Assembly: GCF_964355755.1 (NCBI RefSeq)
Contig: NC_092671.1
Span: forward strand, 10,602,001-10,666,000
From: Antedon mediterranea
Lineage: Eukaryota > Animalia > Echinodermata
Length of the DNA: 64,000 bases
Direction of reading: 5' to 3'
Part shown: piece by piece, positions 39,301 to 51,300 of the stretch
How the letters are laid out: the number at the start of each line of letters is the position of its first letter
Position numbering within the stretch: the first letter of the stretch is position 1
Translations under genes and position numbers: made by a program
The notes under the pieces: model-generated
The model's database searches: none
The model's input: only the letters and a program-made list of their open reading frames with translations
What the model was told of the DNA's origin: nothing

Positions 39301-42300
39301 TTTCTATATTATTGCTGTGTAACTAAAGACGAATTTGTACCTTTTATTACTACTATTGTAATATAGTACCATACTTTTTACTTTTATTAAGAAGATTATA
39401 TTTGGCCAAACATTGACATGTTGGTACACAGTTTTATGCAGAACACATTGTGAAATAAAGTGCCAACCTATTTATATAGCTAAAATAGGTTACATTGTCT
39501 TAAATTAATTGTAAACTTGTTGTTCTTGTTCAATTTTAATTCCAATATTGTAATGTAACAGATACAGTAAATTATTTAAATATGGAATAAGGACCTCAAG
39601 ACTAAGAGGTCAATTTGCTTTTTGAAAATAATGTTTGGTATTTGGCAATTATAAATTACTACACTTTAAAGATGTATTGTCCCCCAAAAACATGAAAAAT
39701 GAAGATTAATTAAATCAAACTTTGAATAGGTTATTTTGTAGTTTTAATAAAATTAATCACTTCCATAGAAAAAAAATTGGAAAAAATAGTGTTTTCACTT
39801 ACAAAATGACAAACAAACGGTTAAATTCAACCAAAAACCCATGGGCTGGCCGCCAATTTGACTATTTTTTGCTTTAAATTACAGTTTTTCAGATAAAAAA
39901 TTTTTTTTTTTAATCCAATTTTTGGTCAAAGTGGATAACTATTATGGGACATTAAAATGGCATATTCAACACAAATTGTTTTAAGAATTATTTTTTCAGG
40001 GGACAATACATCTTTAATCAATTACCTAAATAACTAATATTTTTTTATAGATTTTTTCCTTACGTAGTGTTGCAAGTGAAGATCAAATACAACAGAGAGT
40101 CTCACTATCAAGTAATTTAGGATGGATAGCATACTATAAGGACAATTTAATAGGAATGTTAAGGTCTACTGCAGAATTATTTGACAAGAAACTTTGTAAA
40201 ATCACTATATTGCAGCTTATCATTATATCTACTTTATCATTTGGGTAAGTGGTTCTGTATTTTAAGATAAAGTAAAAGGGGTTATATAATTAAACTAGAG
40301 AGTTAACTCCTATGTTATGTATTGAATGTGTCATTGTGAGAATTTGTTAAGCAACTCTTGCCATATGTAAAATTGAAGACTTATTTACCAAGGAATTATT
40401 CATTTTTTTACCATTACCAATGATAATATAATTAATATATTGTATTCGTGCGGTTATGTACTGAATAATGATTTTGAACAGATGGCAGCCATTTTGAGCA
40501 GCCCCTGTCCTGTTTTGTACACTTTGTATTGCCAAGTTGACTATCAAGAAGTTTGTTATACATTATAAAAAGAACTGAAGAATTGATAAAAAATACCACA
40601 AATTGTTAAGGCATCCATAAACTATTATAACAATAAAACTTTAAAAAATTCCTTTATCCTTTATTCAAAATGATATAATATGCCTTGACAATGAGAACAA
40701 AAAATGTGTTCCTACAGCTATATTTAAATAATGTACATGATCGGTTTTGAAATAAATCATTTTAAATTCATTAAATCATTCAAATTTTTACTCATAAAAA
40801 ATTATCCTAAGGCCCTATTTAATAACAGCCTGGTGAACATACTTACATAACTGTATATTAAACATGAAGACAAACATGCATTGTCAATAGGAAATATCAC
40901 TGTGTATACTAATATATAGGAACAGCAGAGATGTGAATGATTGATATAGTTAGTTGGTTGTTTACTCATAAAACGAATTTTTATATAAGACAATGTCTTG
41001 CAAACTATTCTAGAAAACTGGTTTACCAATTTCCAATCAATTAACTTACTGAAAATATGCAGAAACACCAAGTTTATGATTTTACAACATACACCTTAAT
41101 TGGTTTGTGTATTTCATGATGATTATTAAATAATAATTAAATTAAGTTGAAAAAATGGAACAATTTGTTGAGTTTACTGTAAATAAATTATATTAAAATT
41201 TAGTGGATGAAAATATGATTGTAAATTTAACGCAATGCAAATACTGTATATAAAGTTAAAAAGTATTTTATATTTCCAGGGAAGAGTAATTTCAGTCTTC
41301 CCTGTACTTTATATTGTAAAATTGTACAGCATAGATATAAATTTCACCCCTTGTTTTTACAGTTATTATGGATTGTACATCTGGTTTCCAGTGCTATTCC
41401 AACAAGTAGAAATAACAGGTTCAGCGTGTCGTGTCAGTAATTCTAGCGATACTAATGATACTTGTATCAATGGTGTTGTTGAGTATAACCCACAAGTATA
41501 TAAAGATTCATTCTATACTGCTGCGTCAAATCTACCTGGTAACATAATAGCTACGTGTTTAATTGATGTTGTTGGTAGAAGATCACTCGTTAGTAAGTTT
41601 AGTTTTACCATTTGTTTTAGAATTTTTTTGGTTAAAGCTGCATTCACACTGATCCTGCATTCTGGTCCGTTGGCTGGATAAAAAAAATCATGGAAAATGG
41701 GATTAGTTTTTAAGAATAGGACTATTCACACTCATTTCATACAAACATAACATATCCCCCAATCGGCTAATTGTAAGTTTTACTCATTATTTTAAAGTAT
41801 CTTAGGGTGCGTTTACACATACAGTATCAAACACGCATACGAGAAATATGTTTTTAATTCGGAAACAGGCTACTTGGCTGAATTTTAAAATGTTGTGGAT
41901 TCCCGGTTGATGTGTTGGAAGTGTCCCCAGGGTATTGTTTTGACCTCTCATTAAATAAACATATGTGCTGTGAACATTTTGACCAAAAATGTATATAGCT
42001 GCAAAGTTTTTGGAGGGTTGACCTCGGCCCTACAACACCCTAAAAATGAAAGACATCTTCAAATTTAAGGTGTTGTATAAACACAGCCTTAGATAAACAC
42101 GTTGTTTGTATAAAGGTAAGGGTAATGAGCTGTTTACTTAAGCCTAGGCATTATGTGGTAGGGTGGCCAGTTCCTTTCCACGCCGCCTTATCCTCCCTAG
42201 TATTTTCAACCAGGTACTCATTTACAGCTGAGTGGACTGGAAGTTGTCGAGAATTGAACCCAGGTCTCCCTGTATGACAGTCAAGTGTCCTAACTACTCG

Positions 42301-43157
42301 ACCACCCATTTCCATGTTTGTATAAAAGCTATATTATTATGTTTTAGGTAGCAGCCTGATATTGTCAGGTATTTCAGTATTCTTTATCTGGTTGGTAAGA
42401 AACAGAACACAAGTGCTTATCATGTCGTGCATATTTGGTGGTATTAGTACAATTGCTTGGAATTCATTTAACGTCTTACAAGTGGAGCTTTATCCCACTC
42501 ATCTCAGGTAAAAGTTTATTTATTTTTTATATCTATTTTTCTTGTATGTAGACCATGTATATAATATATGTTTTAATGCACTAAAGGAACAACTTAGTTT
42601 AAATTTGGAATGTTAACGGCCAATTTACACAGACGAGCCGTAACGATAATAAACATGTAAAATCTATGGTATTCCTTATGGCCATTTACACAAAACTCGG
42701 AGTGAACGAGCGGTTGCCGTTGGAGATAGATACAGACTCTACGTTGAACAAGCTACCCGATTTTCCACTTACCATTACCGCTTGTACGATCTTAAAGTAT
42801 ACTGCTTTTGTGATCTAGCGGTAAGATGTGGTTAAAATGAGCTCCATGTTTGTACCGTGTTCTCATGAATTTATTACATCTACAGTAGTAGGATACAGGC
42901 AAAGTGTAGACCTATCTTTCAACATAGTAAATGACAAATTATTTATTTTATTCAATTTTTGTTTGTATTTTAGATCCACTGCTATCGGTGCGATAGCCTT
43001 AGCTAATCGACTCGGTGCAATTTGTAGTACATTGGTTTTTGGTGCACTTATTAACGTTTACTGTGCAGTGCCTATTTTTATGGTTGCAATTTTAATGGTA
43101 TTTGGTGGTCTACTTGTTTGGGCATTACCAAATACAACACGCATATCTTTAGAGTGA
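36310..43157 (+). CDS. SV2-like (synaptic vesicle glycoprotein 2) MFS transporter
   Basis: Exons approx. 36310-36529, 36781-36823, 36981-37142, 37455-37616, 37710-37988, 39110-39187, 40051-40244, 41362-41592, 42348-42507, 42973-43157; motifs GFGKFH..VCGWANASDAVE, WGALSDIRGRR, SYFGEFQP, SWRVF..MPESPKFL, YYGLYIWFP, ELYPTHLRSTA. Confidence 0.9.
37208..37343. mobile_element. MITE family A copy
   Basis: actctgtctacactatcaaact...agtttgatagtgtagatagagct. Confidence 0.75.
38101..38731. repeat. Perfect 25-bp tandem repeat (~25 copies) in an SV2-like intron
   Basis: Unit tttgttacacagtgagtgagttaga with no visible substitutions. Confidence 0.97.
39670..40013. mobile_element. Kolobok-like MITE, second subfamily (same TIRs, different interior)
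   Basis: TTAA-AGATGTATTGTCCCC...GGGGACAATACATCT-TTAA; a partial right end of the same subfamily lies at ~35955-36022. Confidence 0.8.
42112..42310 (-). mobile_element. tRNA-derived SINE remnant
   Basis: Minus strand: ggtggtcgagtagttagg (A-box-like), cctgggttcaattctc (B-box-like), ccagtccactcagctgtaaatgagtacctgg, (ttacc) tail. Confidence 0.6.
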
Positions 43158-45311
43158 TCACATTTTGATAGACTTGCCCCAAAGTTTTACGTTTTAGTAT
43201 TCCTTTACTTGGAAGTATTTTGATATTTGTTTATAACTAAAGTTCAGATAAATTATAGGTATGCAGTATATATAGTTTTTTATATATCTTATTTTATAAA
43301 ATTTATAGAAGAAATCACAAACATGCTGTTAATAATCTACTACTGTACAATAAATATGATAAACAATAAATTTGATTTAATATATTTGTTAAAAAATATA
43401 AATATAAGAAAGATAGATTTAATATTTTTTCATACATCCATTTTTTTTATTTACCTATTTAATTGCATTTTTAGATATTAATTGTTGATTTAGTGTTTTG
43501 ATACTTAAAATTGGTATTATAATGACTACTTTTGGTATATTGTTTACATTCACAAGTGTATCGCCGCCATTGATATGTCCTTTAAAATCGTTGTTTAAAA
43601 AAAGGCCGTTGAAAATTTACCCAACTCATATCTGTTGACAAAGTTAAAGACATTTAAAAAAAATTAAGAATAAAATATTAATATATAAAAAACTTGTAGT
43701 TGTAATATGTATATATTTGTAATTTTGTTGACATTTAAGAAAAACATTGTGTTTATACAATTTGTGAATATATTGTGGATTTAAGGACATTTTTATTTTA
43801 AAAAAAAATCTTATTTATAATTATACATTTATAAATTACTCTTAGTCAATACATAATTTCTTCTTCCAGTTTTAATAACGTTTTGAATTACATTAAAAAA
43901 AAAAAATTAGTAACTGTTATTAGTAACTTATTGTTTTTTACGTCACATTTATGAATCTAATTTGTTGAAATTGATACTGTTAAACTTCAAATAGACTATT
44001 TAATGATGAGAAAGATTTACGGGAAGCATCTCAAGGCAAAAAATAAATTGAGAATGAAATATTATATGTAATGTTGTTAATCTGGGGATGATCCATGTAA
44101 GCAAATAATCTAGTTGACGTCATGATTACGTCAGTACCTACATGTAATCATTAATGAAGGTGGTTACGTTAAAAAAATCACTTTGTATTCAATGATATAA
44201 TATAGTGGAAATCAAGATGACGAATTAGATTACGTCCGGAGAAAACTTCGAGCCACGTTTCGATCATCACACACGTACATTTTGTACGGAATTTTCACAA
44301 TTTGTTTTACAGGCTTAGTGTGAACGTGTGTTTAATAGAAATTATCCTGTATATTAAATTTTCTGTAAATCCAAACCAAAATCGGTATGGAGAAATTACT
44401 GTTTCTTAAAATTGTTATACCAATTCTGAGATTTAAAATGGGACAAGTCTGCTTTAAAAGAGATTGCCGGTTTTTTTTTAGAAAAGCAGGAGAAACAATT
44501 TTCCAAATTTAAAACATCGTTTTAAAGACCACGTGATTATTGGCTTTATTTGAGAGATTCGTATATAAAACAGTTCCTATATAATATAGTATTTTTTTCT
44601 CTGTATTATTTACTTTTTACACAGTAAATTTAATAATTGAACGGGATTCTGCTTAAATCTCAAAACTGATAATATTTTTTAAAAACAAAAACAAGTAAAT
44701 TGTCAGTCAGTCTATTAACAATATCAACGGTATTTTGTAATACTTTACAATTACTTGGTAATTTGTGCTACATCACCATTTTTGTAATCTTTTAATTTTA
44801 ATAATCTCGCAGTATTGTAAGCCTATCAAACGTATTTTTGTATTTTACTTTCCTGATCATATCTTTCGGTATGGCAACGATAAGTTGTGGCTTATTGAAT
44901 ACAGCAAACCTTAAAAAGAAGTTGTATGAGTCATCAGTACACTACTTCTCTCTGTGGATGTCGGGCTATTCTACAAACGGAAGTGACAATATCTGAACTC
45001 AGATTGTCATTCTTCACTGGAAATGTTCAGCGATTTTCTACGTGTGTATTCGATCATCCCAAGTCCTTATGTGCTGGGAACGACTCCAGTGGATGTAATC
45101 GGACGTGTTGACGGCACGTCGACGGAAGAACAAATGTAGGCAATTGATATAATATTCTAGGCTGCTAATGGAAGGATGTATATGGATGACATTACAACTG
45201 TAGTAATACTTACCGTCAATTCTTTAATCTTGGGTCACACGCAGTTACCCACAGATAACGTGATTGTTCATGAACACATGGTTATGTATAACTCTTTTTG
45301 AGAATCTTACA

Positions 45312-48300
45312 ATGGGTATTCCATCTATATTTATATTCGTATTCCTTGGATTTTATTTAAAGTTTTCAGTGGCCCAAATTCCTGATTCGACAGGGACGCT
45401 ACCAAATGCAAGTCCCGATATACGAAATGATTGTCGGTATCCCGTTATAAAACAACCAGTCGTACCTGGAAAACAGTAAGTATTGAAACACACACTATAT
45501 TTTATACAACTATGTATGTAAGACAGTAGAGATGAAAATGTTATTGTGCTTAACTTGAGGTAAAATAATTTATCGATATGTTATTATTTTTATGTTATCT
45601 ATTACTGTTTCGTTAAAAAAAATGTATGGTATAAGCTTGACTGTGATTCAATCCTCGGTAGGCTCCTATGCCAAGTGGTCTTTTCTATTTAAAAAAAAGA
45701 CCATTTCTCCTGCTGGCGTCGAAACGTTGGTCGAATTACGAAATACGAAATATAGTGTTTAAAGCTTGACATTTCTATTTTGTTCGCTCATTTCAGCCGA
45801 TTCGACAACCCTATCATTCCATGATACACTGACAAAATGTGTTGAATAGTTTAACTTAATGCATTATAAACATAGGCCTACCAAGGAACAGTGAGAGTGA
45901 GAGTGTAATTTCACTCTTTCCTGGACCTACATAGAACAAACATAGTATTCCGAGTTCGAGTCTCTTTTGTTTTTTTCTCCACTTTGGCAGGTTATTTTAT
46001 CGTTTTATATTTGGCGATTTTTCCTGGAAAGGTACCACTTATGATCAATGGTTGTAATTGTGATTATGTCTAATAACTTTGACTTACTGGCTTTCGTTGA
46101 TGACTAAATGTAAAAAAAAAACATGATATAAAACAGTGGTTTGTGCGGAATCAGTTATTTCCATGGACTTCTTCTGACTAATATTTGGTGTGCCAATTAT
46201 CTCATGTCTGTCTTTACTGACAATAATTAATAAAGTTGACTAGGTTATGATTTAGCATTGACAGTCAGTAGACCTATACTAACATTATTGAAAGTGTATA
46301 ATAACTTTGATTGAATCACAATACAAAGTTAACCATTAAAAGACTCATCAATTGAAACAGTTAATATGGAATGATGCATTGTCCGTTTGTTTAATTTAGG
46401 AAAAAATGTTCTTAGAAATCTATCGTATTTATATAAATCGTGCTATTTTTGTTCTAATCGTTAGTACGTTGACTATAAACAGCAGTGTATATGGCGCTGA
46501 ACAAACTTACCCTAACCATTTACAGTAATGGGTTATATTTTTGTACAAATTTGATAATAACAATTAATTTTAGCTGTATTATTTGTTTTAAATTACCACA
46601 ATTAGATGCAATCTTGACTTGTACACAAATGATACAACATTCATTATGAATGTAGCCATAAATGGGTTAGTATTCCGTTTGTAATATTACTGCTGAAATT
46701 AATAACGGTGACCTTTACTTCGAAGTCCTATTTTTTTCACTACTAACTGGGACTACAGTTTTTGGCCTACTACTAAATATGTCGCTTAATGAAAGACCTT
46801 CCGTTTAGTCCTAAATGTTAACATGAAGGTAACTTTTTTACATGGTAGGCCCACACGCATCATTGTGTAATCGAATGATCTATAAAATGGAAATAACATC
46901 CCCAAAAGTGTTTTATCCATGGAACGCCATCATGATAATATGGCAAGCAATTTTTTTTATAAACAAAAAATGAGTCACTGATAGTTTGCTTTAATTCATC
47001 TCATATTTACGAACATTTTCGAATTCAGGTTGTCACTTTCTCTCCAAGGATTGCTCTGTTCTAAATTAAGTTTGTTGTCTATCAAGCCATTAGCTGATAT
47101 AGAGTAACTTTCAATTGAAAATTAATAAAAACCGTTCAAATCGAATCAATTGATTAGAAATAGCATATCTACCTATCGTTTCTATACTAATTCAATAAAT
47201 AGGTCGTCATACTTCTCTCGGTCAATAATTGTCTATTATAACCACCCTGGGGTTATTACCAGTCTGCTGGGGCCATGGTTCACATTCCTCAAGTAGGTTT
47301 GATACAAGACTGGGATTGGTAAATATTAAATTCTTCATTAAATTACAATTAATTAATTTACCAACAAGTAATGATTTCCGTCTTAAAAATCTAATGCGCC
47401 CTCGGGGACCTGGTGATGTTAATCGATCTTGGACTCTCATCCTGATAAAATTACCAGAGAATTACCATTTCTACGTATTGATCTCAAAAGACTATGCATT
47501 TTATACTACAAACATAGTCGTCTTATTCTAATTTACGTATCAACTTTCCTATTTCTCAGTCACTTATTGGTTTGCCTTAGATTACCGTAGATGTGAGTAA
47601 GATGGCTCAATAAATACTTCCTGTACTATCCATGCTCAATTTCATTTCATTCCTTGTCTTTTCATATTTGTTTGTAGCATGGAACAACGAACCATCAAAA
47701 CAAGACTCTGTAAATGTGTTTATTCTTAAGAAACAAAAACTTTCTCATAATTGTTCTTTTTTCCTTATTTTGTAAGATATTCATATAATTCTATTTATTT
47801 TAATTTGATTTTTATTGTTACATGTTTATGTCTCGTCATGTTGTATTTTTGTGAGGGTCCCTAATCATCAGCTTCGGCTGGATGGAGCACCCTCGTAAAA
47901 TATTGAAATAAAAATGAAAATAAATAAATATTTGGTTTATTTTATGATGAAGATAATGATGTAGTATTCATAACAATAAGATATTTCAAATATATATTGT
48001 TTTTAGGAGAATAGAATACAAGTGTTGTGACGGTTGGGGTAAAACTCAAGGAAGAGATTCCAAATGTGTACGACGTAAGTAGTCCTAGGCCTAACAGTAA
48101 ATTAATACGATTAATAGCACATTTATTTCTGACTGAAAATAACATTGTATAATACAAAATGACATTTGATTAGTTTATAATAATTAATCTATATCTTTCC
48201 ATTTATGAACGTAGAAACACACGCTACATTATGAATATTATTATATTATTTCATCAGTTCTTACAAGAAAATATATTCAATAACTCCAAACTGTTTTACC

Positions 48301-51300
48301 TTTAAAAACCCACCCAACGTTTCCATCTTATTTTCTTTATAACAAGGAAGTGTATAGAGTTTTATTTAGAAGATTACTCAATAATTAAAAACACACGAAA
48401 CTGATTGAAAAACAATTTTTTATATAGACAAAAATTAAAAATTGAAATATTAATATTACTATTACAATTTTCGAATGGCTTTCGAAAATTGATCTAATTT
48501 TAGCCAGTGATTAAGTGGATAGAGTCAGACAGGTGAAGAAATGGAAAAAGCCTCTGCATTTAGTCATTGCATAACATGACAACTAAACTTGTTTATGTTG
48601 GGCTCAATAAATTTCAAATCGAAGATAATAATAATAATAATAAACAGTATTTATATAGCGCCTAATGGATCACTGACCCCTCTAGGTGCTTTATATAGGG
48701 CCTTAACTAATGGTAATAAACTATCCCCCGCCGGACACCATTCCGGTATTTCTTAGTCGAGGTTTCGGGGATGGAGACAATCAATAATGTGAAAAAAAAA
48801 ATGTAACTAAGCTTAACTATGCTTAACTAAGGTAAAACTATCCCCCGCCGGACACCATCCCGGTATTTCTGAGTCAAGGTTTCGGTGCCAGAATTAAGAA
48901 TAGAGAGTAAATGAAGCATGCACAACTTAAGCTAGGGTTAAACTATCCCCCGCCGGACACCATCCCGGTATTTCTGATAAACTCGCTAATAAAGTTAAAT
49001 ATTTCAGATTATGTAAAAGTGTGCCGTTGTTTTATCAAGTATTGCTAACTTTGATTGATATCATATTTTAGATTGAGATCAGTAATCTTCGGTTCAATTC
49101 ATTTGAAATCTACAGGTTTTTTTTCAACAAACAAGTTGAACATTGGTTATTTTTGTTTGAAATGAACGATACGCCCTTACCAAGGGGTTTCACTTACAAT
49201 TTGATTCATCATAAATCTGTAAAAGATTTTTTTTTTAATACAAAACATAAGCCGTTTTTTGTTTTCTTCTTCAGAACACTGCCCTGTCGATTACAAACGT
49301 GGGTACAAAGACGGTTGCTATAAGATAGTGACATCATCTGCAGCCTCTTGGCACGAAGCTAGGAACGCTTGCCAGATGACGTCGCAACCTTCTATAAAGA
49401 CTAGGGTATCATCTGATTTGGTTGTCATTGACAATGAAGAGGAAGAGATGTACGTCAGAAAGGAAATACATGCCACTACAATGACTGCAGCATGGATAGG
49501 TAATCATAATCCAATAATTAAATCACTATCATCAAGTTGAAGTAAAATGACAGAAGTTCTGTCTAGTGTTTCCACAGCAGATGTAGAGATAGAACAATTT
49601 AAAACTAACCAGGTCTAATTCGTTCGTTGGAAGAACGTAAGGCACTAGTTAATTAAAAACTACCATACTAAGTGGAATGAGATCACAAAATGCATTAAAT
49701 TCCATGTGGGACTTGAATCCGCCTTCTCCAGTATAAGTACCCTTCTCTTTGTACCTGTCACATAGATCAATCTTAGCTATAAATTTATATCAACCGCATG
49801 TTGGTACACGAGAGGTATCTGATTCCAAAGTTTGAGTTTGAATCTCACCTGCAACAACCTGTATTGACATATTGAGTCAGTTTTACGTAAGTTAGACAAC
49901 AATTTATAAAAACGACACTATCATTTTCTTAGTTTATAATAATTTATGTTGTTGATTTAAATGTTTCCGTGTTATGCAAAATGCAATAATTTAATGTAAT
50001 AATTATTTTAACATCGAATCTGGCTTGGAACCATATATACAATGTAAATTGATTAAATATGAAATCAATATTTTAAAGTTCATCATCAAACAATCATAAT
50101 CTTCGTTATTACGTTAACGATTGTTTTTAGTTGATGTTTGATTTCAATGACGTTATGTAAATGTCATCACATTACAAAGTCATTAGACAATCGTGTGACA
50201 TCGAATGTGATACTAATAATTATGTGTCCAAGCCTAATATTTATATTTCTTTTTCCAAAAGAAATTAGTGTTCATTCTAACTATACGATAACCATTTATG
50301 CTGTCTTTGATGATAAAATAAATGTTATTAATCCAATCAAATGATGTCATGATCGATAAGAATAATTAAATCGTCACGATCTTATTGTTCTTATAAATCA
50401 TGACGTCATTTGATTGGACGTGTGAACATAGTATTTTCTTCAAATGCAGCATAGATGATTGCCTTTTAGTTCTAAGATGAAAAACTTTTATATATACATT
50501 TTTTTTTAATGTAGGAAAACGCATCTATTTATCGTTGATCGTTATCGTCATAGTATAAATAAGCCTTTAAAGTAGCTTATAAATATTATTATATTATCAT
50601 TATATAAAAAAAGAATTAAAATATGTTTTCACATTTTAATAATCTGAACAATTTTTTTTTATTTATTGAAATTAAAAATACAAACATTTTGACGCGTCGC
50701 CTTGTTTAAAAAGAAGTATTAATAAAAATAGTCTGTAAATTGCATAACATTCATTTTACTGTCACTTTGAACTATGAATAATTTTACATTATTAAAAAAT
50801 ATATATATAAATATGTTTTCACATTTTAGTGTCTGAACAAGACTATATCTCTCCAATTTGTAAAATACAAACATTTTGACGCGCCAACTTATTAAAAAAA
50901 GGAATATAGTCTATAAATTGCATATAACATCATGCATTTCACTGTTATATATTATTAAAAAAAGAAAATAAATACGTTTTCACATTTTAGTGTCGGAACA
51001 AGACTATATCTCTCCAATTTGTTTTGAAATTAAAAATACAAATATTTTGGCATGGCGCCTTGTTTAGTAAAAAAAAAGTAATAAACTGTCTATAGATTTC
51101 AGATAAAATCATATATTCGTTAATCCACGCTTGGTTGTATAGTGATAACCTTATAAGATCGGAGTTATTCGACCTCAGTTGGCCCGTAGGTTTTATCCAA
51201 AATCCGAGGTGACATTATTCTGTCGTTAAATTTTTTAAAGTTGTCTTAAATAATTTTTAAACCGTTGTAGAAAACATTTATATATTAAATTAAAATATTT

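Noticed and set aside
47678-47709. Candidate small exon in receptor intron 1
   Set aside because: Joining it to the CTLD exon creates TAA, and its phase does not fit the 48007 exon.
48719-48978. Three ~36-bp repeats with an internal CCGG..CCGG palindrome and spacers (CRISPR- or ribozyme-like)
   Set aside because: Spacers are uneven and partly similar to each other; the repeats adjoin an L2-type 3' tail; no hammerhead or HDV core was recognisable.
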